Origin: the human T2T-CHM13v2.0 reference genome, Homo sapiens
Length of the DNA: 64,000 nt
Direction: 5' to 3' (one strand)
Assembly (NCBI RefSeq): GCF_009914755.1
Contig: NC_060926.1
Below, piece after piece: positions 59,950-64,000 of this stretch. The stretch's first letter is position 1. Each line of letters opens with the position of its first letter. A program made the position numbers and the translations under genes. The notes under the pieces were generated by a model. The model ran no database searches. It was not told where the DNA came from and saw only the letters and a list, made by a program, of their open reading frames with translations.

Positions 59950-60860
59950 CAGGCCCGCTCCGAACCCTGGGTAAGACTCGTGACGAGGCTCCGGGTGGCC
60001 GAGCCCTTCCGAGAGTGCTGCGGTCGGCAGGGCTGGGCTGGCTCTCTGGGCTGAGGGGGAGGGGCTCCCACACCTGTGCGCTCCCGGAAGAGGGGACAGC
60101 GGCGGGGGCGCCGTGCGCACGGGGGCGAGGGGAGACGACTGCACCTGAGGGAGGCGCAGCCGCAACCGGGTGGGAGGCAGAGACACCCAGAAACAGAGAC
60201 GGGGCGATACGAACAGACAAAGCCGGCTCGAGCGCGGCCCGAGCGGCGGCGCAGGGAGGCGGCAGCCTGGCGGAGCAGCCCCCACCGCGGCCGGCGCGCC
60301 CCCTCGCCACCCCTGCGCGCCAGCGCCGGCCCGCCCCTCCCGCTGGCCTCTGGCGGCTTAACCCTCGCCTGCCCGACCCCGCGGGGCCCCTGGAGCCGCG
60401 GTGGGTGGGTGCGGGCGCCGGGCCTCCCCCTCCCGGCCGCGGCGCGCGGCGCCGGGAGCTGACCGTGGTGCTGAGCGCGGCTCGCGCTCCGACGCGGTGC
60501 CCGAGCCTGTCGCGGCCGCGCCCTGCTGCACTGCGGGCCCCCAGCGGTAAGTCGCCAAGGCCCCGAGAGGCTGCGTTGGTCCTGCCCCGCGGATGTGGAC
60601 CCCCGGGGAGGGCAAGGATTGGGGAATTTGGTGCATTCTCTGGCGCGATGGACGGGCTGAGGGCAGGAAGCAGGGTCGACACCCTCCACCCAGCGGTTCC
60701 CGGCGCAGTCAGGGGCCTGGGAGCGGTGACCCTTTTAGGTCTGGGCTAGGGAAGCGGAGAAACCCTCCGCCGGCGGATGCAGGAGCTGAGGGAGAGCCAA
60801 TATCGCTGTGAGGCCCATCTCCTTGCCCCTGGGCAGGCCAGGACCGCCCAGAGGCGCCCT
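59950..60860 (+). promoter_or_regulatory. AMER3: CpG island promoter; likely non-coding first exon ending at 60546 (probably AMER3/FAM123C)
   Basis: Very GC/CpG-dense non-repeat DNA with GC boxes (cccgcccc) and a strong donor GCG|GTAAGT at 60546/60547. Gene name rests on recalled gene order (~26 kb downstream of GPR148); no AMER3 coding sequence is in the window. Confidence 0.75.
60455..60475 (-). promoter_or_regulatory. RE1/NRSE (REST binding site)
   Basis: Minus strand CTCAGCACCACGGTCAGCTCC vs consensus TTCAGCACCACGGACAGCGCC, 18/21 match. Confidence 0.85.
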
Positions 60861-62016
60861 CCAAGGAGGTGGGCCAGGACCTTCCCTCCCCAGAGGGCCC
60901 TTTGTCTCCCCAGTGTGGGGGTTGGGTGGCTTGGTGGTGCTCTCACCGCAGATTCTATTTCTGTTTTATTCCCCATTCCCACCCCCACCCCAGAGCACGG
61001 TCGCTTTCCCTCCGCACAGTGGCCCTCACTCCAGCCCTCCCATGACAAGGCAGCCTACTACTGAGAACGCTATTGCCCCATAGCTCTACCGCCAGCCCAG
61101 TTTCCAGAGGTCCCTGGGCCTGCGCTTTTTTATCACCATACACTCCTTTGTATCACACTGCTGTGACTTTCCTGCATACCGGGGAAGGCATAGAAAATAC
61201 CAAAACTATTAGCCAAACGTTTTTTTGTCTCAAGGCGTTTCTGTGGCATGTGTATTCCTCCAGGGTTTTTATTTTGCTCCATGAAATCAAACACCGGGAC
61301 ACTTTCAGGTTAAGAAAGGAAAAAAAAAGCCACGGAATTACCTTCTCAAAGGAAAAAGAAAAAGCTGGGCAGCTAAGCCTGAGTTGGTCATGTAGAAAAG
61401 CAACCAGTAGAATAACTTCATTTGCCCAATTTGCAATAAATCCATGTCTGTGTGTGCCGTGTAAAACACTGTGATGGGAGGTGCACAGACAGAGGAGTCT
61501 CTGCCACCACCTTCTCTCCCCTAAACCCTGCTTGGGCTCCTAACTCGCCTCTGTGTCTCCGCTGTCCATTTTCACCTGCATCTTTGAAAGTGAGAATTGG
61601 CCCGTCACTTGCCCTGGAAGGTTGGCTCCCTGTGGCTTGCAGATAAAAGCACGGCCCTCGCTGAGACCTCAGGCCGGGTGTGGTGTGTACAGCCCATCTC
61701 CAGGCCTCATCCCTCTGGCTTGCTGCTCTGGTCACTTGAGCTGCTTTCAGATCCTTAAATATTCTACTTCTCTTGCTCCTCGGGGCCTTTCTGAAGGGTG
61801 TTCTCTCTGCCTGGAATATGTGTCCAATGTCTTTTGCCTGGCTGTCCTCTTCTGTCTTTTAAGTTTGGTTTAAATATCACATCCCTGTAACAGAATTAAT
61901 TAAGTAAATACATTGTGTGGTCCCTGTTCCCATGGAACTTGCAAGTTCGTCTTAGAGATGAAAGACTCAGCCCAGGGTCCTGGTGTCAATGCTGTCTTAA
62001 AAAATGATGCACATAG

Positions 62017-62640
<624 letters not shown>

Positions 62641-64000
62641 AATGATCCACATAAACTGTATCACAGAATTAAAATCTCAGACTCTGCATCCTGTTTAGGG
62701 AACTTAGGTGTAAACATTTGACTAAGATATCTCAAATATAAAATAGTTCATTTAACTAAGTAATAGCTCACCGCCTACTATAGTTGGAGTCCTGGACCTT
62801 AAAGAATTTTCAATCTCGTTGGGGAGTGCAATCAAGCACCAGAATGAATAGTTGGTGGTTGCTGAGCCCTGCAGACAAGAAGGCACCCGAAGGGTAGGGA
62901 CGGGTCTGAACCCTCCTTGGGGGAGGGATGTGGCACTTGTGGGAGTGGACCTGTCATGTTTCTTGCTGGGGTTCCACTGACGGGTCTATAGCCACAGGGT
63001 TACAAAACAGTGTGCATTTTTGCAACTGAGAACCTGGACACATTTGGCCTCTGCCCTCAGGCAGTGACAAGGCCAGCATCTGGCTGTCCACATAAATCCC
63101 ATTCTGCCCCAGAGAATTGTCACAGAAGTTGACTTCTCAGTCTGCCTCCAGCCAGGCAGTGGGCCCTCCAACCACCCAGGGAGTTCCCACCCCCATCATA
63201 GGTCACACATTTCCAAAGAGACAGGTTCCGATAAAACATTTTAATATGGATTTGGACTGGACCGAACACAGACTAGAGTTCATGGGATGCTCCAGTATTG
63301 CTAAGCCTCTGGTTCCTCATTCTGTATCCTACACTTATTGTCCTGTCTCTATGCAAAGTGCTCAATAAACTCAGGAGATGGGCTTGGCATTGTTAGTGTC
63401 ACTGAGTCCAGCCATCTATAGCAATGACAGTTATTTTAAAGGATCATTTTTCAAGTTCAGAGTGGAGTGAAATTTCCAACTGTTCATGATTTTAAATCAG
63501 TTGACTGTTATGAGAACTGAGAAACTGGTAGTTTTATTTATAGACATCTATATCAAATAAAACATTTTTGTTCTTGCAGTTGCAAAATTCTGCACAAGGT
63601 GAAATAATCCTTGCTGTGCCTGGCTGAAGTTATATCCAACAGAATGTCAATCAAAAGATTTTTCCAAAACATAGAAAAGAATAAGGGAAATAGAGATCTC
63701 ATAATGAATATTTCCAAAATTTCCTGCCATAGGAATTATTATTACCTTCAATTATAATTTTTCTAAATCTGTGTGAGCTACCCTTCTTGCTTTTAATCTT
63801 CACTTTCATTGTGTTTTACAATATTTTTCATGAAAACACATTTATTATTCTACTTTTAGATTTCCCACAAAAGAGTCTGAGCTGTCGGTTTATAGACTGT
63901 CAGGTTCAGAATCAGATAGACCTGGGTTCAGATCCCAACTCTGTCACTTAACACCTGTGTGACTTGGGTCAGTTCATTGACTTTTCTGAATCTGAATTTA

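Noticed and set aside
59428-60749. Overlapping 264-296 aa ORFs on both strands
   Set aside because: Expected from stop-codon scarcity in a CpG island; Pro/Arg/Gly/Ala-rich with no domain.

Overview
Human (hominoid) genomic DNA: dense Alu/L1/MaLR/Tigger repeats, an SVA and an AluYb8. Recognisable landmarks are the single-exon ORF of orphan GPCR GPR148 (33305-34348, +), two FAR2-pseudogene exons (+; probably FAR2P3), and a CpG island at ~60 kb with a first-exon donor and a strong REST/RE1 site. From recalled gene order this is 2q21.1 and the island is the AMER3 promoter. The window splits at ~24.1 kb into an AT-rich left block and a GC/Alu-rich right block. Most notable unexplained signals: (1) a chain of minus-strand exon cassettes at ~18-23.6 kb with GT-AG sites and compatible reading phases but scattered stops, i.e. 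a candidate decayed multi-exon gene I cannot name; (2) a ~127-bp inverted repeat plus a 22-bp GC-box VNTR upstream of GPR148; (3) several local templated duplications and fold-back scars. I see no prokaryote-type system. Repeat subfamilies are called from memory of consensus sequences, and boundaries are approximate unless TSDs/TIRs are given.
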